64,000 nt of DNA from Squalus acanthias (taxonomy: Eukaryota). The translations under genes and the position numbers were made by a program. This document shows positions 11,544 to 25,300 of this stretch, piece by piece; positions within the stretch are counted from its first letter, which is position 1, and the number at the start of each line of letters is the position of its first letter. The notes under the pieces were generated by a model. That model was not told the origin of the DNA. It searched no databases and saw nothing but the letters and a program-made list of their open reading frames with translations. Location: NCBI GenBank assembly GCA_030390025.1, contig JASTWF010000331.1, forward strand, positions 248,001 through 312,000, given 5' to 3'.

Positions 11544-13725
11544 AAGATACTGACAAGTGTCTTTTTGGTTTTAATCTTCCAACACGGCAGTCATCCCTCT
11601 GCAGGCTGGCCAGGCTGTGAGTGTGTGTGTGTGAGAGAGAGAGGGCAAAAGCTGGTGTTTGTGTGAGATGTGGTCTGCTGTCTCATTACCTGCTGTTGTT
11701 GTATTAAACCCTGCTGATATCATTCTGGCCTGGTCCACATGTAATGCTGTTGTGTATCACTTCATTGCACTTTATTTCATTTAACTTCCCTTCAAGACAG
11801 ACAGTCAGTCAGTCAGATACTGAAAATGTCGTTGTGGACTGTATGACAATAAAAGCTGCCTGGGATCTTTGCATTCTTTTTATTCCACTCTACTCAAATC
11901 AAGACAAGGCAGGCAGGCAGTGAGAGAGACACATGAAATCAAGACAACATGCAGAATAGAAATAAAACAGAAAATGCTGGAAATACTCAGTATGTTCGGC
12001 AGCATCAGTGAAGATACAGAGAAACAGAGTAAATGTTTCAGCTCGATGACCTTTCGTCAGAACCTTGCCAGAAACTGACAAAATGTAATCGAGCTGAAAC
12101 ATTAACTCTGTTTCTCTCTCTCTCCATAGATGCTGCCTTACCTGCTGAGTATTTCCAAAACTTTCTGTTTTTATTTCAGATTTCCCACTTCCACATGATT
12201 TGCATTTGATGCAGAATAGAAAGCCTGTTTCGGTAGGCCGCAAACTGAAAAGATAAAACACTGAAAACTGTCTGTTTGCTTTTAAACTGCCAAACAGAGC
12301 AGAGTAATGATAGAAATCAACTTTCTTTCATTGCTGACAGTGATTTGTGGCAGTTTTGCAGGCTGGCCTGCGTGTGTGAGAAAGAGAGACAGACAGCAAA
12401 AGCTGCTGTGTATGCAGGGCTTGTCTGTGTTCAAGTTATCTGCCGTGTGCATTGGTACTGCCGCTCATGTCTTAAAAGAACAGAAAGTATACACCATTAG
12501 ATCATACTGATTTAATTCCAGACTGCGCTGTGGTGGGATCTTACTTTGCCTTTCATTCAAGAATTTTGTAAAAAGCTAATCTGCATATATACATCAAGCC
12601 ATTTGATATTTTACTGGACTGGTCTTTATAGGGGAATGTTTATGAAGTGTTTCATGGCACATCCTGCTGTGGGATCTTACTCTCCCCTTCAGCCTAACTC
12701 AAACAAGACAAGAAATTTGTTAAAGAAAAGTATATATTATATTTTTAGATTATTTTAAGAATAATACATTTGATTTTTTTCTGGACTGGGCTTTATTGGG
12801 GAATGTGCTTGGGATGTTTTCAGAGCAAAAGCTGCAGTGCGATCTTTCCATTCATTTTATTAAACTCCAGGCAAACCACAGACAGGCAGACATTTAATTA
12901 ACAGAAGTAAAGTATATATATTATTATTTATTACTGATTGCATTTACTTCCTTTCACCCTCTCGGGCTTTCATTTCCTCTCGGGGACCGGGATTTCTGGG
13001 GCCTCGGCTTCACTTATTCCTGTTTGTTTTTCCTCATCAAACATGGACGCACATCCAGAAAGTGACCATCATCAAAAATTGACAATCCCAGGGTGCATCC
13101 CTTTCAAAATAAATGTGTGTGTGAGAGTATCTGCAAATTGCAGAGTCTGTATGAGTGTGTGTCATCTTGCTGTAAATTTTATTTCAATGTGGGTGGGAGG
13201 GAGACTATGTGAGTGGCAGACAGTCAGTTAGAGCGAGAGAGACATGAGATCAAAAGGCAAGTAGCAGAATTGAAAGCCTGTTTCTGTAGGTCACAAAGTG
13301 AAAAGATAAGATACTGAAAAGTGTTTTTTTGGTTTAAATTTTCCCACACGGCAGTCATCCCTCTGCAGGCTGGCCAGGCTGTGAGTGTGTGTGTGTGAGA
13401 GAGAGAGGGCAAAAGCTGGTGTTTGTGTGAGATGTGGTCAGCTGTCTTATTACCTGCTGTTGTTGTATTAAACCCTATTGATTTCATTCTGGCCTGGTCC
13501 ACATGTATTGCTGTTGTGTTTCACTTTATTGCACGTTATTTCATTTCACTTCCCTTCATGAGAGACAGTCAGTCAGTGAGATACTGAAAAATGTCTTTGT
13601 GGACTGTCTGACAATAAAAGCTGCACTGGGATCTTTGCATTCTTTTTATTCCACTCTACTTAGATCAAGACAAGGCAGGCAGGCAGTGAGAGTTGACACA
13701 TGAAATCAAGACAACATGCAGAATA

Positions 13726-13945
13726 GAAATAAAAACAGAAAATGCTGGAAATACTCAGTATGTTAGGCAGCATCAGTGGAGATACAGAGAAACAGAGTAA
13801 ATGTTTCAGCTCGATGACCTTTCGTCAGAACCTTTCCAGAATCTGACAAAAGGTAATCGAGCTGAAACATTAACTCTGTTTCTCTCTCTCGCCACAGATG
13901 CTGCCTTACCTGCTGAGTATTTCCAACATTTTCTGTTTTGATTTC
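13726..13945. repeat. ~220-bp Penelope-pLTR-derived palindrome (other copies 9025-9241, 11959-12177, 15622-15841, 17460-17679, 18814-19034, 36843-37056)
   Basis: ~104-bp inverted arms with a ~12-nt spacer. The right arm matches 1326-1428. Confidence 0.88.
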
Positions 13946-16900
13946 AGATTTCCTCCATCCACAGCATTTGCTTTTGATATAGAATAGAAAGCCTGTTTCT
14001 GTAGGCCGCAAAAAGAGAAGAGAAAATACTGAAAACTGTCTGTTTGCTTTTAAACTCACAAACAGAGCAGAGTAATGAAATAAATCAACTTTCTTTCATT
14101 GCTGACAGTAATTTGTGGCAATTTTGGAGGCTGGCCTGTGTGAGTGTGTGTGTGTGACAGAGAGAGACAGACAGCAAAAGCTGGTGTGTATGCAGGGCTT
14201 GTCTGTGTTCAAGTTCTCTGCCGTGTGCATTGTTACTGCAGCTCATGCCTGAAAAAAACAGAAAGTTTACTCCATTAGATCATATTGATTTAATTCCAGA
14301 CTGCACTGTTGTGGCATCTTACTTTGCCTTTCATTCAAGAATTTTGAAAAAAAGCAAATCTACATATATACATCAAGCCATTTGATATTTTTCTGGACTG
14401 GACTTTATAGGGGAATGTTTGTGAAATGTTTCATGGCACATCCTGCTGTGGGATCTTACTCTCCCCTTCAGCCCAACCCAAACAAAACAAGAAATTTAAG
14501 AAAAGTATATTATATTTTTTAAGTTATTTTCAGAATAATCCATTTGATTTTTTTCTGGACTGGTCTTTATTGGGGAATGTGCTTGGGATTTTTTCAGAGC
14601 AAAACTTGCTTTGCGATCTTTCCATTCATGTTATTACACTCCAGGCAAACCACAGACAGGCAGACATTTAATTAACAGAAGTAAAGTATATATATTATTA
14701 TTTATTCCTGATTGTATTTACTTCTTTTCACCCTCCCGGGCTTTCATTTCCTCTCGGGGACCTGGATTTCTTGGGCCTCGGCTTCACTTCTCCCTGTTTG
14801 ATTGTCCTCGTCAAACATGAACGCAGAGCGAGGAAGGGACATCATCAAAAATTTACATTACCAGGCTCCACATCTTTCAAAATGGTTGTGTGTGTGAGGG
14901 TGAGTCCAGGCAAATTGCAGAGACTGTGAGTGAGTCTGTATGTGAGTGGGTGTCTGTGTGTCTGTAAATAGCAGAGTGTGTGAGCATGTCTACATGCGTG
15001 GGTGTCTGTGTGTCTGCCAATTACAGAGTCTGTGTGAGTGGGTGTGTGATGTTACTGTAAATTTTAGTTCAATGTGGGTGGGTGGGTGTCTGTTTGAGTG
15101 ACAGACAGACAGAAAGTCAGTGAGAGGGAGAGAGACATGAAAGCAAAAGGCAAGTAGCAGAATAGAAAGCCTGTTTCTGCAGGCCACAAAGTGAAAAGAT
15201 AAGATACTGAAAAGTGTTTATTTGGTTTTAATCTTCCAACACGGCAGTCATTTCTCTGCAGGCTGGCCAGGCTGTGAGTGTGTGAGAGAGAGAGAGAGGG
15301 CAAAAGCTGGTGTTTGTGTGAGATGTGGTCTGCTGTCTCATAACCTGCTGTTGTTGTATTAAACCCTATTGATTTCATTCTGGCCTGGTCCACATGTAAT
15401 GCTGTTGTGTATCACTTCATTGCACTTTATTTCATTTCAATCAATTCAAGACAGACAGTCAGTCAGTGAGATACTGAAAATGTCTTTGTGGACTGTCTGA
15501 CAATAAAATGTGCTCTGGGATCTTTGCATTCTTTTTATTCCACTCTGCTCAAATCAACACAAGGCAGACAGGCAGGCAGGCAGTGAGAGAGACACATGAA
15601 ATCAAGACAACATGCAGAATAGAAATGAAAACAGAAAATGCTGGAAATACTCAGTATGTTAGGCAGCATCAGTGGAGATACAGAGAAACAGAGTAAATGA
15701 TTAAGCTCGATGACCTTTCGTCAGAACCTTGCCAGAATCTGACAAAAGGTAATCGAGCTGAAACATTAACTCTGTTTCTCTCTCTCTCCACAGATGCTGC
15801 CTTACCTGCTGAGTATTTCCAGCATTTTCTGTTTTTATTTCAGATTTCCTACATCCACAGCATTTGCTTTTGATTTAGAATAGAAAGCCTGTTTCTGTAG
15901 GCTGCAAAATGAAAAGATTAAATTCTTAAAACTGTCTGTTTGCTTTTAAACTGCCAAACAGAGCAGAGCAATAAAATAAATCAACTTTCTTTCATTGCTG
16001 ACAGTGATTTGTGGCAATTTTGCAGGCTGGCCTGTGTGTGTGTGTGTGTGTGTGTGACAGAGAGAGAGACAGACAGCAAAAGCTGGTGTGTATGCAGGGC
16101 TTCTCTGTGTTCAACTTAACTGCTGTGTTCATTGGTACTGCAGCTCATGTCTGAAAACAACAGAAAGTATACACCATTAGATCATACTGATTTAATTCCA
16201 GACTGCGCTGTGGTGGGATCTTACTTTGCCTTTCTTTCATGAATTTTGTAAAAAGCAAATCTACAGATATACATCAAACCATTTGATATTTTACTGGACT
16301 GGACTTCATCGGGGAATGTTTGTGAAGTGTTTCATGGCACATCCTGCTGTGGGATCTTACTCTCCCCTTCAGCCCAACCCAAACAAAACAAGACATTTAA
16401 AAAAAGAAGTATATATTATATTTTTTTGAATTATTTTCAGAATAATCCATTTGATTTTTTTCTGGACTGGGCTTTATTGGGGAATGTGCTTGGGATTTTT
16501 TCAGAGCAAAACTTGCTTTGCAATCTTTCCATTCATGTTATTACACTCCAGGCAAACCACAGACAGGCAAACATTTAATTATCAGAAGTAAAGTATATAT
16601 ATTATTATTTATTCCTGATTGTATTTACTTCTTTTCACCCTCCCGGGCTTTCATTTCCTCTGGGGGACCCAGATTTCTGGGGCCTCGGCTTCACTTCGTT
16701 CTTTTGGATTGACATCATCAAACCTAGCCGCACAGCCAGGAAAGGACATCATCAAAAATTCACACTCCCAGGCTCCACATTTTTCAAAATAATTGTGTGA
16801 GTGGGAGTTTCTGCAAATTGAAGTCTGTGTGAGTGTGTATGTATGTGCGTGGGTATCTGTGTGTCTGCCAATTGCAGAGTCTGGGTGAGGGTGTGAGTGA

Positions 16901-19223
16901 TGTTACTGTAAATTTTAGTTCAATGTGGGTGAGAGGGAGGCTGTGTGAGTGACAGACAGTGAGAGCGAGAGAAACATGAAATCAAAAGGCAAGTAGCAGA
17001 ATAGAAAGCCTGCTTCTGTAGGCCAAAAAATGAAAAGATAAGATACTGAAAAGTGTCTCTTTGGTTTTAATCTTCCAACACGGCAGTCATCCCTCTGCAG
17101 GCTGGCCAAGCTGTGAGTGTGTGTGAGAGAGAGAGAGAGAGGGCAAAAGCTGGTGTTTGTGTGAGATGTGGTCTGCTGTCTTATTACCTGCTGTTGTATT
17201 AAACCCTATTGATTTCATTCTGGCCAGGTCCACATGTAATGCTGTTGTGTATCACTTCATTGCACTTTATTTCATTTCACTTCACTTCAAGACCGACAGT
17301 CAGTCAGTGAGATATTGAAAAATGTCATTGTGGACTGTCTGACATTAAAAGCTGTCTGGGATCATTGGATTATTTTTATTCCACTCTACTCAAATCAAGA
17401 AAAGGGCTTTCAGGCTGGCAGTGAGAGAGACACATGAAATCAAGACAACATGCAGAATAGAAATAAAAACAGAAAATGCTGGAAATACTCAGTATGTTAG
17501 GCAGCATCAGTGGAGAGGCAGGGAAACAGAGTAAATGTTTCAGCTCGATGACCTTTCATCACAAACTTGCCAGAATCTGATAAAAGGTAATCGAGCTGAA
17601 ACATTAAATCTGTTTATCTCTCTCTCCACAGATGCTGCCTTACCTGCTGAGTATTTCCAGCATTTACTGTTTTTATTTCAGATTTCCCACATCCACAGCA
17701 TTTTCTTTTGATGCAGAATAGAAAGCCTGTTTCTGTAGGCCACAAATTGAAATGATAAAACCCTGAAAAATCTCTGTTTGCGTATAAACTGCCAAACAGA
17801 CAAGAGCAATGGTAGAAATCAACTTTCTTTCATTGCTGACAGTGATTTGTGGCGATTTTGCAGGCTGGCCTGTGTGTGTGTGAGTGTGTTAGAGAGAGAG
17901 AGAGATAGACAGCAAAATTTAGGGCTTGTCTGTGTTCAAGTTATCTGCCGTGTGCATTCGTATTGCATCTCATGTCTGTAAATAACAGAAAGTATCTACC
18001 ATTAGATCAGACTGATTTCATTCCAGACTGTGCTGCTGTGGGATCTTACTTTGCCTTTCTTTCAAGAATTTTCTAAAAAGCAAATCTACATATATACATC
18101 AAGCCATTTGATATTTTTCTGGACTGGACTTTGTAAGGGAATGTTTGTGGAGTGTTTTATTGCATATCCTGCAGTGGGATCTTACTCTCCCCTTCAGCCC
18201 AACCCAAACAAGACAAGACTTTTGTAAAAAAAAACGTACATAATATATTTTTAAAATTATTTTCAGAGTACTCCATTTGATTTTTTTCTGTGTGAGGGAC
18301 AGACAGACAGACAGTCAGTGAGAGCGAGAGAGTCATGAAATCAAAAGGCACGTTGCAGAACAGAAAGCCTGTTTCTGTAGGTCACAAAGTGAAAAGATAA
18401 GATACTGAATCGTGTCTTTTTGGTTTTAATCTTCCAACACGGCAGTCATCCCTCTGCAGGCTGGCCAGGCTGTGAGTGTGTGTGTGAGAGAGCGAGGGCA
18501 AAAGCTGGTGTTTGTGCGAGATGTGGTCTGCTGTCTTATTACCTGCTGTTGTTGTATTAAACCCTATTGATTTCATTCTGGTCCACATGTAATGCTGTTG
18601 TGTAACACTTTATTGCACTTTATCTCATTTCACTTCACTTAATTCAGACAGTCAGTCAGTGAGATACTGAAAAATGTCTGTGGACTGTCTGAAAATTAAT
18701 GCTGCAATGGGAGATTTGCATTCTTTTTATTCCACATTACTCAAATCAAGACAAGGCAGGCAGGCTGGCAGGCAGTGAGAGAGACACATGAAATCAAAAC
18801 AACATGCAGAATAGAAATAAAAACAGAAAATGCTGGAAATACTCAGCGGATTAGGCAGCATCAGTGGAGATACAGAGAAACAGAGTAAATGTTTCAGCTT
18901 GATGACCTTTCGTGAAAATCTTGCCAGAATCTGACAAAAATGTCATCGAGCTGAAACATCAATCATGTTTCTCTCTCTCTCCACAGATGCTGCCTTACTT
19001 GCTGAGTATTTCCGACACTTTCTGATTTTATTTCAGATTTCACACATCAACAGCATATGCTTTTGATGTAGAATAGAAAGCCTGTTTCTGTAGGCCGCAA
19101 ACTGAAAAGATAAAATCCTGAAAACTGTCTGTTTGTGCTGCTCTGTTTAGCAGTTTAAAATGAAGGATAGCAATATACTTTCCTTCATTGCTGACAGTGA
19201 TTTGTGGCAATTTTAAGGCTGGC

Positions 19224-19265
<42 letters not shown>

Positions 19266-19337
19266 CAGAGAGCAAAACCTGGTGTGCATGCAGGGCTTGT
19301 CTGTATTCAAGTTACCTGCCATGTGCATTGGTACTGC

Positions 19338-22300
19338 AACTAATACAGATCCTCAAACTAATACAGCCCCTCAAACTAATACAGTACCTCAAACTAATAC
19401 ACAACCGCAAACTAATACAGCCCATCAAATTAATACAGTACATAAAACTAATACAGCTCCACAAACTAATACAACCCCTCAAACTAAAAAAGCTCCTCAA
19501 ACGAATACAGGCCCTCAAACTAATACAGCCCCTCAAACTTAAACAGCCCCTCAAACTAATACAGCCCCTCAAATTAATACAGTACCTCAAACTAATACAC
19601 CACGGCAAACTAATACAGCCCATCAAACTAATACAGTACATAAAACTAATACAGCTCCTCAAACTAATACAACCCCTCAAACTAATACAGCCCCTCAAAC
19701 TAATACAGCCTCTCAAACTAATACAGCACCTCAAACTAATACAGTACCTCAAACTAATACAGACCCTCAAGCTAATACAGACCCTCAAACTAATACAGCT
19801 CCTCATACTAATACAGCCCCTCAAACTAATACAGACCCTCAAACTAATACAGCCCCTCATACTACTACAGCCCCTCAAACTAATACAGACCCTCAAACTA
19901 ATACAGCCCGTCAAACTAATACAGCCCCTCAGACTAATACAGCTTCTCAAACTAATACAGCTCCACAAACTAATAGACCCTCAAACTAATACAGTGCCTC
20001 AAACTAATACAGCCCCTCAAACTAATACAGCTCCTCAAACTAATACAGCCCCTCAAACTAATACAGTGCCTCAAACTAATACAGACCCTCAAACTAATAC
20101 AGTACCTCAAACTGATACAGTACCTCAAACTAATACAGCCGCTCAAACTAATACAGCCCCTCAAACTAATACAGCTCCTCAAACTAATACAGCCCCTCAA
20201 AATAATACAGCCCCTCAAACTAGTACAGTGCATCAAACTAATACAGCCCCTTAAACTAATACAGATACTCAATCTAACAGCACCTCAAACTAATACAAGC
20301 CTCAAACTAATACAGCTCCTCAAACTAATACAGCACCTCAAACTAATACAAACCCTCAAACTAATACAGACCCTCAAACTAATACAGCCTTTCAAAGAAA
20401 TGCACTACCTCAAACTAATACAGCACCTCAAACTAATACAGCCCCTCAAACATGTACAGTACCTCAAACTAATACAGTACATAAAATTAATACAGCATAT
20501 CAAACTAATACAGCCCCTCAAACTAATACAGCTCCTCAAACTAATAAAGTACCTCAAACTAATAGAACCCCCAAACTAATACAGCTCCACAAACTAATAC
20601 AAACCCTCAAACTAATACAAACCCTCAAACTAACACAGATCCTCAAACAAATACAGTCCCTCAAACTAATACAGCCTTTCAAAGAAATACACTACCTCAA
20701 ACTAATACAGACCCTCAAACTAATACAGACCCTCAAACTGATACAGTCCCTGAAATTAATACAGCCCCGCAAAATAATACAGCCCCTCAAACTAATACAG
20801 CTCCTCAAACTAATACAGCTTCTCAAACTAATACAGTCCCTCCAACTAATACAGCCTTTCAAACTAAAACAGTACCTCAAAATAATACACCCCGTCAAAC
20901 TTATACAGCACCTCAAACTAATACAGTCCCTCAAACTAATACAGCCCCTCAAACTAATACAGTCCCTCAAACTAATACAGCCTTTCAAACTAAAACAGTA
21001 CCTCAAAATAATACACCCCGTCAAACTTATACAGCACCTCAAACTAATACAGTCCCTCAAACTAATACAGCCCCTCAAACTAATACAGTCCCTCAAACTA
21101 ATACAGCCTTTCAAACTAAAACAGTACCTCAAAATAATACACCCCGTCAAACTTATACAGCACCTCAAACTAATATAGCCCCTCAAGCTAATATAGCCTT
21201 TCAAACTAATACAGTACCTCAAACTAAGACACACCCTCAAACTAATACAGCCCCTCAGACTAATACAGCTTCTCAAACTAATACAGCTCCTCAAACTAAT
21301 AGACACTCAAACTAATACAGCCCCTCAAACTAATACAGTGCCTCAAACTAATACAGGCCTTCAAACTAATACAGCACCTCAAACTAACACAGCTTCTGAA
21401 ACTAATACAGTACCTCAAACTAATACAGCACCTCAAACTTATACAGTCCCTCAAACTAATATAATGCCTCAAAGTAATACCCCCCTCAAAGTAATACAGA
21501 CCCTCAAACTAATACAACCCCTCAAACTAATACAATCCCTCAAACTAATACAGCCCCTTAAACTTATACAGACCCTCAAACTAATACAGTACCTCAAACT
21601 AATACAGCCCCTCAAATTAATACAGACCCTCAAACATGTACAGTACCTCAAACTAATACAGACCCTCAATCTAATACAGTACCTCAAACTAATACAGTAC
21701 ATAAAACTAATACAGCATCTCAAACTAATACAGCCCCTCAAACAATACAGTACATAAAACTAATACAGCTCCTCAAACTAATACAACCCCCCACACTATT
21801 ATAGCTTCTCAAACTAATACACCCCCTCAAACTAATACAGAACCTCAAACTAATACAATCCCTCAAACTAATACCGCCTCTCAAACTAATACAGCCCCTC
21901 AAACTAATACAGCCCCTCAAACTAACACAGTCCCTCAAACTAATACAGCTCCTCAAAATTATGAAGCCCCTCAAACTAATACAGATGCTCCATCTAATAC
22001 AGCTCCGCAAACTAATACGGTGCCTCAAACTAATACAGACACTCAAACTAATACAGTACATCAAACTAATACAGCCCCTCAAACTAACACAGCTTATCAA
22101 ACTAATACAGCTCCTGAAACTAATACAGCCCCTCAAACTAATTCAGCTCCTCAAACTAATACAGTACCTCAAACTAATACAGCTCCTCAAACTAATACAG
22201 CCCTTCAAACTGCTACAGTACCTCAAACTTATACAGCCCCTCAAACTAATACAGCCCCTCAAACGAATACAGCCCCTCAAACTAATACAATACCTCAAAC

Positions 22301-25300
22301 TAATACAACCCTCTAACCAATACAGTACCTCAAACTAATACAGCTCCTCAAACTAATACAAACCCTCAAACTAATACAGTGCCTCAAACTAATACAGGCC
22401 TTCAAACTAATACAGACCCTCAAACTAATACAGCTTCTGAAACTAATACAGTACATAAAACTAATACAGCTCCTCAAACTAAGACAACCCCCCACGCTAA
22501 TATAGCTTCTCAAACTAATACAGTAACTCAAACTAATACAGACCCTCAATCTAATACAGTCCCTCAAACTAATACCGCCTCTCAAACTAATACAGCCCCT
22601 CAAACTAATACAGCCCCTCAAACTAACACAGTCCCTCAAACTAATACAGCTCCTCAAAATTATAAAGCCCCTCAAACTAATACAGATGCTCCATCTAATA
22701 CAGCTCCGCAAACTAATACAGAGCCTCAAACTAATACAGACACTTAAACTAACACAGCTTATCAAACTAATACAGCTCCTGAAACTAATACAGCCCCTCA
22801 AACTAATTCAGCTCCTCAAACTAATACAGTACCTCAAACTAATACAGCTCCTCAAACTAATACAGCCCCTCAAACTGCTGCAGTACCTCAAACTTATACA
22901 GCCCCTCAAACTAATATAACCCCTCAAACTAATGCAGCTGCTCAAACTAATACAGTACTTCAAACTAATACAGCTCCTCAAACTAATACAGCCCCTCAAA
23001 CGAATACAGCCCCTCAAACTAATACAATACCTCAAACTAATACAACCCTCTAACCAATACAGTACCTCAAACTAATACAGCTCCTCAAACTAATACAAAC
23101 CCTCAAACTAATACAGACCCTCAAACTAATACAGTCCCTCAAACTAATACAGTCCCTCAAACTAATACAGCCTTTCAAACTAATACACTACCTCAAACTA
23201 ATACAGCACCTCAAACTAATACAGCTCCTCAAACTAATACAGCCCCTCAAACTAATACAGCTCCTCAAACTAATACAGCTCCTCAAACTAATACAGTCCC
23301 TCAAACTAATACAGTCCCTCAAATTAATACAGTCCCACAAACTAATACAGCCTTTCACACAAATACAGTACCTCAAAATAATACACCCCCTCAAACTAAT
23401 ACGGCACCTCAAACTAATAGTCTTTCAAACTAATACAGCACCTCAAACTAATACAGCCCCTCAAGCTAATATAGCCCTTCAAACTAATACAGTACCTCAA
23501 ACTAATGCAGCACCTCAAACTAATACAGTCCGTCAAATGAATACAGCCTTTCAAACTAATACAGCCCCTCAAACTAATACACCCCCTCAAACTAATACAG
23601 CTCCTCAAACTAATACAGCCCCTCAAACTAATACAGCTCCTCAAACTAATACAGTCCCTCAGACAAATACAGCACCTCAAACTAATACAGTCCCTCAAAC
23701 TAATAGAGCCGCTCAAACTAATACAGCACCTCAAAATAATACAGCTCCACAAACTAATGCAGACCCTCAAACTAATACAGCTCCACAAACTAATGCTGCC
23801 CGTCAAACTAAGACAGCCCCTCAAACTAATACAGTCCCTCAAACTAATACAGCATCTCAAACAAATAGAGCCCCTCAAACTAATGCAGCCCCTCAAACTA
23901 ATACAGCTCCTCAAACTAATGCAGCCCCTCAAACTAATACAGACCCTCAAACTAATACAGCTCCTCAAACTAATACAGCACCTCAAACTAATACAGTACC
24001 TCAAACAAATACAGCCGCTCAAACTAATACATCAACTCAATCTAATACAGTACCTCAAACTAATACAGACTTTCAATCAAATACAGCTCCTCAAACTAAT
24101 TCAGTACATCAAACTAAGACAGCCCCTCAAACTAATACAGCACCTCAAACTAATACAGCACCTCAAACTAATAGAGCCCCTCAAACTAATACAGACACTC
24201 AAACTAATATAACCCCTCAACCTAATACAGACACTCAAACTAATACAGCTCCTCAAACTAATACAGCACCTCAAACTAATACAGCCCCTCAAACTAATAC
24301 AGACCATCAAACTAATACAACCCCTCAAACTAATACAGACCCTCAAACTAATACAGCTCCTCAAACTAATACAGCATTTCAAATTAATGCAGTACCTCAA
24401 ACTAATACAGCACCACAAAATAATACAGCCCCTCAAACTAATACAGTCCCTCAAACTAATACAGCCTTTCAAACTAATACAGTACCTCAAACTAATACAC
24501 CCCCTCAAACTAATACAGCCACTCAAACTAATACAGCCCCTCAAACTAATACAGTCCCTCAAATTAATACAGTACCTCAAACTAATACACCCCCTCAAAC
24601 TAATACAGACCCTCAAACTATTACAGCACCTCAAACTAATATAGCCCCTCAAATTAATACAGCCCCTCAAACTAATACAGCCCCTCAAACTAATACAGCC
24701 CCTCAAACTAATACAGACCCTCAAACTAATACAGACCCTCAAACAAATACAGTACCTCAAACTAATACAGACCCTCAAACTAATACAGTACCTCAAACTA
24801 ATAGAGTCCCTCAAACTAATACAGACCCTCAAACTAATACAGACCCTCAAACAAATACAGTACCTCAAACTAATACAGACCCTCAAACTAATACAGTACC
24901 TCAAACTAATACAGTACCTGCCCCTCAAACTAATACATACCTCAAACTAATACAGACCCTCAAACTAAATACAGTACCTCAAACTAATATGCCCTCAAAC
25001 TAATACAGCCCTTCAAACTAATACAGTACATCAAACTAGTACAGCTCCTCAAACTAATACAGCCCCTCAAACTAATACAGCTCCTCAAACTAATACAGAC
25101 CCTCAACCTAATACAGACCCTTAAATTAATACAGTACCTCAAACTAATATATGCCCTCAAACTAATACAGCCCTTCAAACTAATACAGTACATCAAACTA
25201 GTACAGCTCCTCAAACTAATACAACCCCTCAAACTAATACAGCTCCTCAAACTAATACAGCACCTCAAACTAATACAGCCTTTCAAATTAATACAGTACC

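Larger units (their letters stand above)
7226..19337. repeat. ~1.8-1.9 kb tandem macrosatellite (about 6.5 units, first and last truncated)
   Basis: Anchor TTTCAAAAT recurs at ~7226, 8318, 10526, 13103, 14876, 16782. Anchor CCATTAGATCA recurs at ~7709, 9563, 12493, 14272, 16173, 17999. Longer spacings are explained by insertions at 9781 and 10801. Confidence 0.95.

Noticed and set aside
7493..19200. Recurrent short ORFs in macrosatellite units as a tandem gene family
   Set aside because: Stops and frameshifts differ between units; no recognisable domain or consistent exon structure.
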